This document shows, piece by piece, positions 23,401 through 34,800 of a stretch of DNA of 64,000 nucleotides. Under the pieces are notes generated by a model. That model saw only the letters and a list, made by a program, of their open reading frames with translations. It was not told the origin of the DNA and did no database searches. Both the position numbers and the translations under genes were made by a program. How positions within the stretch are numbered: position 1 is the stretch's first letter; each line of letters begins with the position of its first letter. Origin of the DNA: Hormiphora californensis (lineage: Eukaryota; Animalia; Ctenophora); assembly GCA_020137815.1 (NCBI GenBank), contig CM035359.1, positions 7,502,001 through 7,566,000 of the forward strand, read 5' to 3'.

Positions 23401-25800
23401 GATATATCATTTCTGGATTACTAGATAGAAAAGGATCTCAAACCTGTTATTTGCAGCCCTCCTATTCCTCTCTTGCTCCTCCATTTTCTGACGTGCTGCC
23501 TTTGCCTCTTGGATCACGTACTCCTTCTTCAGTCTCTCCTGCTCATCCATGTAGGCCTTCCTTCGCTCGTAACTCTCCTTCCTAATCCTCTCCTCTCCCT
23601 TCCAACTGAGGGGGTAGTAGTAATATTAGTTGTAGCAGGGGTGGTGTAGTTGTTGGTAGGTGAGGAGGGTGGCACTTTCTGTCTTACTAGGGGACAACTT
23701 GTACAACTGGAACTACTCACTTGTCCATGGTAGGTAGCTCTCCCTTGATGACCTTCTCATTAGCTCGTGCAGCCCGTGCCTTTTCTGTAGCTTCCATCAA
23801 CCTTCTCTCTCGCTCTTGTTTAGCTTCTAGAGACGCTGGGAGTGGGGGGTTAGTGAGGGCGCAGTACCAAATAAAAGGGGTAAAAGGGTTTAGTCCTGTC
23901 TGGCTTCACCAGAGCCCTCAGATTGGGTCGCCAGACAGGTTCAGTCAGAGTTTGGTATTTTAGTAGGGGGTGACGTATTTGGTGGTTCTATCATCCCATC
24001 ATCCAACCTCTTCTCTGTCGTTGTTCCTCCTCCTTCCTCTCCCTCTCAGCTTGTCTCTCATGGGCCTCAATCTGCTCCATTTCCCTGTCTCTCATTGCAG
24101 CCAACCTGGCATCACTTTCCCGCTCTTTTCGTGCCTGCAGTGGGTGTGTGGTTCAAGATTCAGTCACATTCAGTCACATTTGAAACTTTACACCCCCTTG
24201 TTACCTGTTCTTCAGCTACTTTGCCCCTGTGTAATAGCCCCCCCTGGCCCCTATTTACCTGCTCTTCAGCTACTTTGCCCCTGTGTAATAGCCCCCCCCC
24301 TGACCCCTATTTACCTGCTCTCCAGCTACTTTGCCCCTGTGTAATAGCCCCCCTGACCCCTATTTACCTGCTCTTCAGCTACTTTGCCCCTGTGTAATAG
24401 CCCCCCTGGCCCCTATTTACCTGCTCTTCAGCTACTTTGCCCCTGTGTAATAGCCCCCCTGACCCCTATTTACCTGCTCTTCAGCTACTTTGTCCCTGTG
24501 TAATAGCCCCCCCCCCCTGACCCCTATTTACCTGCTCTTCAGCTACTTTGCCCCTCTCCACAGTGATCTTCTTCCCACTGTGCTTTCTCTTCATTTCCTC
24601 CCTCACCCCAGGGTCAGCCGTGGGGACGTTAACATGGGGACCAGACGGCTCCTGAAACTCATACGGTTATGTAAGTGTTTAACTGTTTACATGAAACGTG
24701 AAGGCTGTTAACTCAGGTGAAACATATTGAGGGAACCACATGGTATTCAAGAAGATTCACTTTATAACAGCAAAACAATCTAAACCCCGCTCTCACCCTA
24801 ATGTGTGCATGTGTGTGATGTTTCCTCTCTGCTTTGTCAGGGGGAGGGGGTGGGGCCGCTGCTGCCTTTTTCTTCAGATGTCCCACATGCTTAGGAGGGG
24901 GACTGGGTGCATCCTCCTTCCCAAAGATCCTCTCTAGGATTCCCTTTGGTTTCCCATCCTCATCGTGTTCAGGTTCTGGGGCTGGAGGGGCAGAAGGGCC
25001 CGGGGTGGGTGCCTTCTTGCCACTAAAAATACCAAAGAACCCTCCGCCGCTGTTTTTAGGGGACCTCTGTGGGGGCGGAGAGTCGTCCTTGGGTGGAGAG
25101 GGTGGTTTAGGAGGTCGGGAGGAGGGAGGGGGTGGAGCTTTCCGTTCTAGTTCAGGGGTAGGGACCCGCTGGGTTGATTTGAGAGGTAGTGTCTCAATGG
25201 GTTCTGGGCTACGATCTCTTCTTTCTTTGTTCCTGGGAAATAATTGGGTCATTTCAACAAACTATGCTGTTCCAGGGTAGTTGGGAAAAGTTAAGGCCAT
25301 TTTCATAAACAGTCGTTTGAAAAACCGAATAGTCTAACTCTGTAAATTAACATGAACATGCACATCAGAATTCAGTGATTTACCTCATAAACAGATTAAG
25401 GATGGGGGTGGAAGGTTTAGGGCTCTCTACTGGTGTCTTCCTCCGTTTGTTCCCATCATGTAGATCAGGTAGATCCCCCTCAAACTCATATATTTCATCC
25501 TCACGGGACTTGAAGAACCGGAACGGCTTACCTGATGTAATGTTTCAGAATAAGGGGAGCTTTGTGCTTGTCAGCGCAGTGATTCTACATTGTCTATTTA
25601 TTGATTAAGCCAAAAACTAATTGAAATTAGTTGGCGGGAAAGGTGACCCACTTACACCTTTTGCTACTGCCGGTTATCACCACGAACTCTCATTCTATGC
25701 CACGGTATCTCATATTCTCAATCTCTCATTTTTCGAGGGTAACTTAAATTCCTGTTCGTTCTATCCCTCTCTCTCTCCCTGTCCCTGTCTCTCTCTCTCG

Positions 25801-25870
<70 letters not shown>

Positions 25871-28800
25871 ATCACACTCTTTCACTGTCTTATTCCATTA
25901 TATTCACCATTTATATCCCTGATCCCGGCAGCAGGCAAAGGTGTAAGTGGGTCACCTTTCCCGCCAACTAATTTCAATTAGTTTTTGGCTTAATTTAGGT
26001 CTCTTTTTGGTTTCTAATCGCAGCATGATATTATTTCATGATGTAATATTGTCGAAATGATGCGTTATATGAGAAACGAGACGAATTTCTGTGAAAATCG
26101 TATTTTAGACGTCATAATGACGTCATTTGACGTAATTAGTGACGTCGTAACGACGTAATTGCATCACGATATATTTTTAATCAATACCCCAAAGGAGCTT
26201 GTAAAGTTTCATTGGCCACAGTGGTCAGGAAAAGGAGTTTTTGCTCGAAAAACATTCAATTTGCTAAATTTTTCGTCAAATTTTTGACTTCCGACGCAAT
26301 TTAAGGGCTCAAAATGATAAGCTACGAAAATTCGCTATATAGTATCTGAAAGTTCAGACGATTTGCCGGTAACGATTTTTCGTCAAATCAGAAATCGGAA
26401 CACGTCTTCAGGGTGCTAGAGGCGTTTGAAAAAAGTTAGTCGGTCTCGCGCAATGACGTCACTCGTGACGTCATTGCGCGCGTCATAGGTAAGATGGAGA
26501 GTCGCCACCCAGATGGGTACATGCACGAGACAATTGTCTGTCGAATGCCGCTTGGTTTAAGGTCGTACGATGTCTGGTTCGTCTCAAACTGGGACCAAAC
26601 GGAAGGTAACAAAGCGTCTATACATCTATGTATATATGTATGTATATATCAACCTAGTTATCCCCACACTGAATTTTCTGTTTTGGGGGTGGTGTTATAA
26701 CTTTTGAACAAAAAGAGCTAGCCACTTGAAATTTTTACCATCGATAGAGGTCTACAAGAAGCTTCTAAGTACAAAATTTCAGCTTCCTAGCTCTTCCGGT
26801 TCGGGAGTTATGGCATGTCAAAAAGTGCCAAAATGGGCTAAAAGTATGAAATAACTATATATACGCTGTGAGCAAGCGGGCCGTTTTTGGGGGAAATTTT
26901 TTTCGGGGGATGAATGGGGTCACCTTTGCGCTTGCCAGCGCAGTGATAATTTGGTAAATTAAATCAGCAGATATAATTACCTGTTTCATATGCCTCTAAT
27001 TTCCTGTTAGTGAACTCTAGGTGTTTCCGGAGAGCTCGGCAATACCTCTGAGTCTCATCGTTCTTACTGCTCAAATAGTCGCACAGCAGCTTCAAGTCTC
27101 TCATGTCGTTCCTAGGGGAGAATGTTACAATTTACTGGGTGTTATGAACAGCACCAAAACTCCAGATCTTCGTAACCTGCTCTTCATTTCTCATTATTCT
27201 GCTAGTCCCTACCTGATCATGTCATTTTGTTTTGCAATGTTAGTCACATCATCAACAAGTTGTTCACTCTTTACCAAACACCGTGATATATTCTTCTGGA
27301 CCGTTCCCATCTCCCCAGCAACTGAAATAACAAATCTGTTTACTAGAGCATACTACATGTATGTGCATGATCTCTGGACGAAAGCTGCGATTTAACTCCT
27401 AAGATCGCATCCACTATACACAGTCAAATCCCGATTTACCGGGCAAAATCGGGATCCAACTGTTGTATTACACCTACCAGTGCTGTTTTGTATGTGTAAT
27501 GGGAGTGTAGTTTCGTCTACATTGTCCCCTATCGTCATGTGTTTCAAGTGATTACCCTCGTATTCCAACCTCCATAGTCTCTCCTGAAATTGTTGAGGGT
27601 CAACATAACATTCCAGATATATATTACTGGCAGTTATAATGGGACAGCCTACTAACCTTGTAGCTCTGTTACGGGTATACAAAACAATCTAAAATGCAAC
27701 ATCACCATGCTACAGGGTGTCCCAAATTGATTCTAACTAAATAACTAAATTGATTCTAAGAATTGATTCTAAAAAGATTCTAGAATTTCTAAATAACTGT
27801 TGCTCAGAGCAGCTTTGATATAGCTGGTCTGTACCTTGTCCTCCTTTAGATGATGATCAATGAATGTCGCAAGGCTCATATCACTATCGAACATTTCCCA
27901 CATCTTCCTGGTCAGGATATCAACCTTCTTGGTGGCGGTTTCAGAGAGGTTCTCCAAGTGTTCAACCTTCCTATCAGTGTGGTCAGTCTTCTTCTTCATC
28001 GCCACCATCTCACCTTCCAACCTGCAGGGTATCATATATGTTATAACTGAGGGAGGGTTAGAACTGAGGTGGGTTAGAATTGAGGTGGGTTAGAACTGGG
28101 GGGGGGGGGTAGACCATCTCACCTTCCAACCTGCAGGGTTGGATTAGAATTGAGTGAAGGGATTAGGGATGGGAATGTGGGACAGGGGACGCATTACGCA
28201 ATGTGATCCAGGTTCTTAATCGGGACAACATTTAGAATAGGTACGGAAACAATGCAATCAAGAAAAACTTCACACACCCATCTTTTCTTACATATACCTA
28301 ATCAGTAATCATTTCCTGGAGCCTAGATCTAGTAACAACTCACCGTGCAATGTCTCCAAACTTGTCATTCATTCTATCAATAACAGTCTGGAGTTTATCC
28401 ACAGCTGTGGTACTGGCCAGACTCTTGTCTCGTGCCCTGCTAATGGCGTGTAATGTCTCCTTCCTGTGCTGCTCTAGATTCTCAGACAGCACTTCAATCT
28501 TTGCTGTTGGGGTGTAATCGTAGTGTCATGATAACAGGTATTGGAGCTTGTACTGTCACAGTCTCACAGAGGCAGTGCTTACTGATCGTCTTCTTTTCAA
28601 TGCAAGCACTGAGCTCAATATAAATGATGGGAAATGGAGGGAGACTCTAAACTCTAATTTACCTTTCATCTCCATCTCAATATCGTTCACTGCGTTAGTA
28701 ACGTTATCCAGCTCAGTATAGTCGACAGCTGAAACAGTGAAGTATAATGATCATGTAGCTTGATATCGAGTTAGTTAGAACTACCCTCAAACAGGATCAC

Positions 28801-31800
28801 TGATCCTGGATCAGCAATTATAATCTCGGTTAGAAACATAAGGAAATGAAACAAGAGGGTTCCTTTATACTGGGTTTCTCTTTTTTATTACTCCTTCACA
28901 GTTCAAGAGGTGCACTTACAGATATGTGAGACTGATTTCCCAGATTTAGATGACCGGGCATCCTCAGGGATATTGGTGGAGGAGTGTTGTCTTGTTATTC
29001 GGGTTGTAGGTCGGAGATTCTCTGCCCTCTCTCTCCATCGCAACTCGTTAACTAGGGAGGAGGAATAGAAATTAGTTGACGATTCATTGAATTGTCCATA
29101 CTTTTTTGTAGCGCAGACACAGTGTCGGGCGTCTCAGCTACAATTCAAACTGCGTCAAAACAGAGCTACTAAATTTTAGCAATCAGAACTAGATAATCTA
29201 CACCCACCAATAGTATACAGGAATCCAATCCTACTATCAATGGTAGCTTGGGACTGCTTGAGGCTCTGCATAAACATATCAAAGTAGTCGAATCTGTTTT
29301 TCTGGATATCGGTAGCTTCCTCTGCTCTGGCTCTAGTTGAGTGGATCTGATCAATAGCTGTCTCCACCTGTAACACACGGTGTGAGTCAGCGCTCAGATA
29401 ACATAAGGTAGGGGCCGCCAGACAGTGTGTAACACACGGTGTGAGTCAGCGCTCAGATAACATAAGGTAGGGGCCGCCAGACAGTGTGTAACACACGGGG
29501 TGTGTCAGCTGTCTGCTCATATCGGGTCAATATTATTGGGACAAGAATACGGGGGACACACGGGGGTGAGTCATGGCTGTCGGTTTGTTGTTGATATCCC
29601 CAATTATTTGGTGAATGGTGATAATATGAACTTGAAAAGTGGTAACATGCAGTGGGAAGAGAAATAGTTTCACAATTACAAAGACACACAGTACAAATTA
29701 GCTGTCTCATTGTGACGTCACACATACCTGACCGTTTACAGCAGCAAACTTGGTAGTCACCTCTCCAAACTGGACCTCTATCTTACCAAACTTCTCCCTC
29801 GTCTCATTCAGCTTTATCTGCAGACCTGCAGGAGTTGGTTGTGAGCCTGGATTCTGGAGATAGTATATGTCTACGTGTTGTGAGTGAGATCTATATGCTG
29901 GTATAGGAAGAGGTTTGTCGAGGAACTGGGAGAGGGAAAGCAATGGCTATTTCCGGTTTATGATAAACTCTGATGTTACCTTTCTCCTTCTTGTCGACAG
30001 TAGTTCCCAGTTCATCAATCCTATCATCTATTTGCTTCTTTATCACCTTCATCTCTTTATTCTGCCGGACCATCGACTTGTTAGCCTCCACTGTTAGCTC
30101 TCTGAATGAGGGGGAGCGAGGGGTGGTTAGTTATTCTGCTAGGCCTTGTTAGCCACCAACGAGGGGGTGCGAGGGTGTGAAAGCAGGGTTCGGGAAGCGC
30201 CGCTATAAGAACTTAGAAGGGGACTAGGGGAGGACTTGGCATGTGGTCTTAGAGTGAAGCATTTGCAAAATGATATGAAACCATTGAACGACTCGGAGTT
30301 TTTGGTTATCAACTTTAAAATATCCAGAAGTAATACAATGATAAATTAACACTTCAAACATGTAACATCAAGCGGAAAGAAGTCTTTACAACTGTCTCAC
30401 TCTTCTTCAAGCACTCTTTAGCAATGTCGGTTACTGCACTCTCACTCCTCGATACAGAATCTTTCTCACTTCTCACTGTAGTAGTAGTAGAGACGGGAGA
30501 ACACTTCTCTGTAGCTCCAGTTTGCACGGTTGGCAATGTTGGAGACTGCAGAGTGAGTATCACGGAAGGTCCCTGATCTCTATTTGCAACACTCGCAGTG
30601 GTATCTCTAATCACACTCTCTCTCACTTTCTCAATCTCAGCAGTAGCTCCTGTCTCAACCATACAAGGTTCATCTCTCTTCTGGCGCTTACTGGGAGGAT
30701 TCACACTTGTAGATTGTATACTAGCTTTCTGAACGATATCAGATTCATCTCTCTGACGTTTACTTGCAGAACTAGAAGTGCTGGTCACAGGCTGCACAAC
30801 AGCTCTCTCCTCTATCTCTCTCTCCTCGTCTCTCCATTCACGGTTAATTCTATCTCTCACGACTTTAGATCGTTTCTGAAGAATACGAATAAATTCATAC
30901 TCATCGTCTTTACTGATTAACTTTCTAACGCTCTCACTCTCACCCTTCAAAAAATCTCTGACATCACTATATGTTAAGTAGGTTAAACCACATTTAACAC
31001 TGTAAAAACTCTCGTCAGTCCAGATCCTGTGATATATATGTGCTATAGTAACCTCATCAGGATTGGGAGGGTGATCATGGTCCCTTCTCTCTTCAATATA
31101 GGTCATACACCTACTCATAACAAGTCTACCTAGCTTACAGTGGGCACAGTTCCAACCTATGTTACCGTCTGCATAGTAGTAACCGTGTTTATAGAGGTAT
31201 CCCTTGTAGGAGACTTGTTTGCCCTTCCCTTTCCTACTCCCCAGGGGTCGGGGTGGTGAGGGCTGGGGAGGCGAAGGAGGAGGAGGGTGATTAACTGAAG
31301 GTCTGGTGGGAGAAGTAGGACTGGATGATGTAGCAGCAGTAGACACAGCATGTGATGTAGTAGCAGATGGTCCAGCAGTAGTAGACACCATGTTGGACGG
31401 ATCAGGGAGATATCGAGCAGTAGAGCTATCATCATCAGTAATAGAGTCCTGGAACCCGGGAGGGGGTGGAATGTAGGATGTAGTAGTGTGGGAGTCACCC
31501 TCAGCTGGAATACGGTAAGGAGAGATAGTGGAGGATGGAACCTGAGTTGGAAGGGGTACTGCTGCTGGTGAAGAAGGTACATCCAGTGGGAGGGGTGTAG
31601 GAGGTTCAGGCATCGGTTCATCAAACGATATCTCAGATTCAGCATCATCATCACCATCATTATCATTATCATCTTCTTCACTCTCGCTCTCAGAATCAGC
31701 AAATATCATCCGAATCCTCTCACTGTATTGGGGAGAATCAGATTTGGGAGGATCCGGGAGGACGGCTGAATGTGGAGATAGGTCCAGTGTGGAGTCCGGA

Positions 31801-34800
31801 GAGGTTTCAGTAGTGGTCTGGCCGGTTGGAGAAGGGTCAGCTGTTATAGAGGGCGGAGAGGGGTCAGCTGAAGAGGGCCAGGGAGGCATGGCAACCTCTG
31901 GTGACAAGCAATCTCGGGAGGGTGGAGAAGGACTGAACGAGAACTCTGGTAGAGTCATATCCAGGTCCAGTATAGAGGAATCATTAGCGGAAGGGGTGAT
32001 GAAGGATTTGTCCAGGCGGGATGGAGTTCCAAAGGAGTTGTCAAGAGACAGATTTGGCAAAGCAAAAGTAGTATTCATTGTGAGAGATATGGGAAGTGGG
32101 GATCAGGGGGTTACTTTTAAACTGACCAGACTGAAATCTGGTCAGAATTCTAACAAGCTCTTCCAGTACTCACAAGTTGTGATCTGATGATTGGGTTGTG
32201 ACTCAAACCCAATCAGTAGATCTACCAGATCCGATCAGAAAGACCCGGTCAGCCATCCGACCCGGTTTTCCTGGTGGATCCCAGTCCGATGGATGCTAGA
32301 TATATGAAACGTGATCCCAAATAGGAGTACAGAGTGATACTGGAGAGAGAAATCGGACCTGTCTACTTCTCAGATACCAGACTGGACTAGAAAGTAGGGT
32401 AGAGAAGAAATAAAGGTTGACAAAATATCAGGATGAAGAAATGATGAATATTGTCTATCCACCCTTCATTTCCACCACTCTCACTCACTTTTAACAATGC
32501 TGCAATTTACCTGAAATCTTCAGCCTGTGTAAGGATCTGTTCTTGCAACTTGGACTGGATGTCCTGGATCTTGAGAGTAGCATTCTCAAAATCAGACAGT
32601 TGAATCCGGTGAATAATCTGTATCTGCTCCTCTATACTCTGAAATAATCAATTAGAATTAGAAGAGGTTGAAATATTTCAGTAAAGGGAACCGGACTGAA
32701 GAATATCTGAATGAAATGATTGATGAATCTAAAAAGACAATAAGATATAATACAAGAGATCCCTACCTTTCTTATTTGACCCTGGTTGATCAGTAGATCG
32801 TCTATCTGGTGGGAGTGTCCTGACCTCAACTCATTCAACTTCTCCTCTAGCTCCATTATAGCACCTGATGGGATAATGGTGAGGTGGTGGTTAACTAAAG
32901 GCACACCATGTGATGATGATATGAATAAAGGTGGCGGTAGTGATCAGTGATAATTGTATTCTCAGTATCGAAATTATTATTTCACGAATCATCTCTCACC
33001 CATGATAATCTTCTTGTCTTCAATTGTATCCCTCTGAAACTCTTGGAGCTGTTCAATGTCTGTCTTGAGGGCCATGTCAGCGTAGTCAGAGTGCTCCCTG
33101 GGAGGAGGAGGGGGATGTGAGAATATATTGGGAGATATTAGGTGTGAGGGAGGGGTGTGAGGGAGGGGGTTGTCAGGAGACACTGAGTGGAGTCATGGGG
33201 AGGCCGGATCTAGCAAACATATGTTACCATGACTATGACGGTTCATGACTAATAATGATCTCACTTGAAGCTTTGCAGTGACTGATCCACCCCATATCTT
33301 GCATCAGCCTCCTGGTCCAGAGCACTCCTCAGTTTCTTACAGAAGTTGTGCAGTTCATCTACATCATCGCACCTCTCGTTCTTCTCAACTTTATAGAGGA
33401 GGGGTGTTTACTGTTTAGATCATTTAGTTTGGGGTACGTTGCTCGTGTGGGGGATTGTAATGTCGGATTATAATGGTACCGGAATTTACAGGAAAAGCTT
33501 GTTCTCTCACACCTAACATTATTAATGTTATGTTATTGAAGCACTGGACTTACTCTCTAGGTTGTCATTGAGGTTCTGTATCCCACTGATGACCAGTTTC
33601 AACAAGGCATCTTTCTCTGTCAGATCAGATTCCACAAAATCCCTCATTTGGACAATCTTCCGCTCCAGCTGGGGCACTGTGTGGGCTGGGGTCTCGTCCT
33701 GTGAGTAGGTACATGTTGGCAGAGAGGCACGATTATATATCGGACCTTCGTTAATACAGGGTGTCCCACTGTCTTTGCATCACCTGTGATTTTGGGTCAT
33801 GACCGGGCTCCATTAAACTAACCAAAACTCATCGAAAAATTGGTCAAAATGGTTCTAACAAAAACCAGTGTTCTAGAGAATTGTCCGGCGAACATTTTGG
33901 TGGCAAGATTGACGTTCCAAGTCTTACCAATCGTCAGATATATCGTCGTAAAGTCAAAAGTACGTGTTCATAAATTCCGACCGGGGTTCATGTTTTGAAA
34001 AATTCACAAATGCAAAGTTGCTCGGATCACATTGCATCCCTGATAAGAGTTGTAGGAAATTGTCTGGCGGTCATTTTGGTACCCGGGTTTTTGTCCTAGC
34101 TCAATGTTTAGAGTGTCTTATGACTGTCAGAACTGTAATTTTTCCAAAAGTGGTCTCAGGTATCGCATTGCATTTTGCCCTGTTATGAAGCTCATTGCTG
34201 CTTGAATAACATGTTAGTGCATGATAGGGTTGAGATAGACCACTTGCGTATCCTGCACATTAACAGGGGCCTTGCCAAATCGTCATAACAACCCTGTCAA
34301 GTGTCTAGATGAAATTGAGACGATATGTGCTGATTATCATGGGATTACACACGACACCGAGCCACCTAATTAGGTGTTGTGAGCCGATACCAACTAAGAC
34401 TCAGCATAGAACAATTTTCATGTTCCTACAGTCATAACGCAACTAAAACATAGAGCTATGGAAAAAATCATGGTATCAAAATGAACCTTAGACGATTCCA
34501 ATGAAGCTCTTGTAAATTTCAAATCATTTTACCCATTTGTTGATGACACGTGATCCCCTCAAAAATGATGGTTGAATTTCGTCTTTAGACAGTCATAAGA
34601 CACTCTAAACATTGAGCTAGGACAAAAACCCGGGTACCAAAATGATCGCCAGACAATTTCCTACAACTCTTATGAGGGATGCTATGTGATCCGAGCAACT
34701 TTGCATATGTGAATTTTTCAAAACGTGAACCCCGGTCGGATTTCATGAACACGTACTTTTGACTTTACGACGATATATCTGACAATTGGTAGGACTTGGA

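Noticed and set aside
30522-32187. Overlapping and antisense ORFs around the FLYWCH gene (and antisense to the GPCRs and CTR9)
   Set aside because: Shadow frames of real coding sequence.
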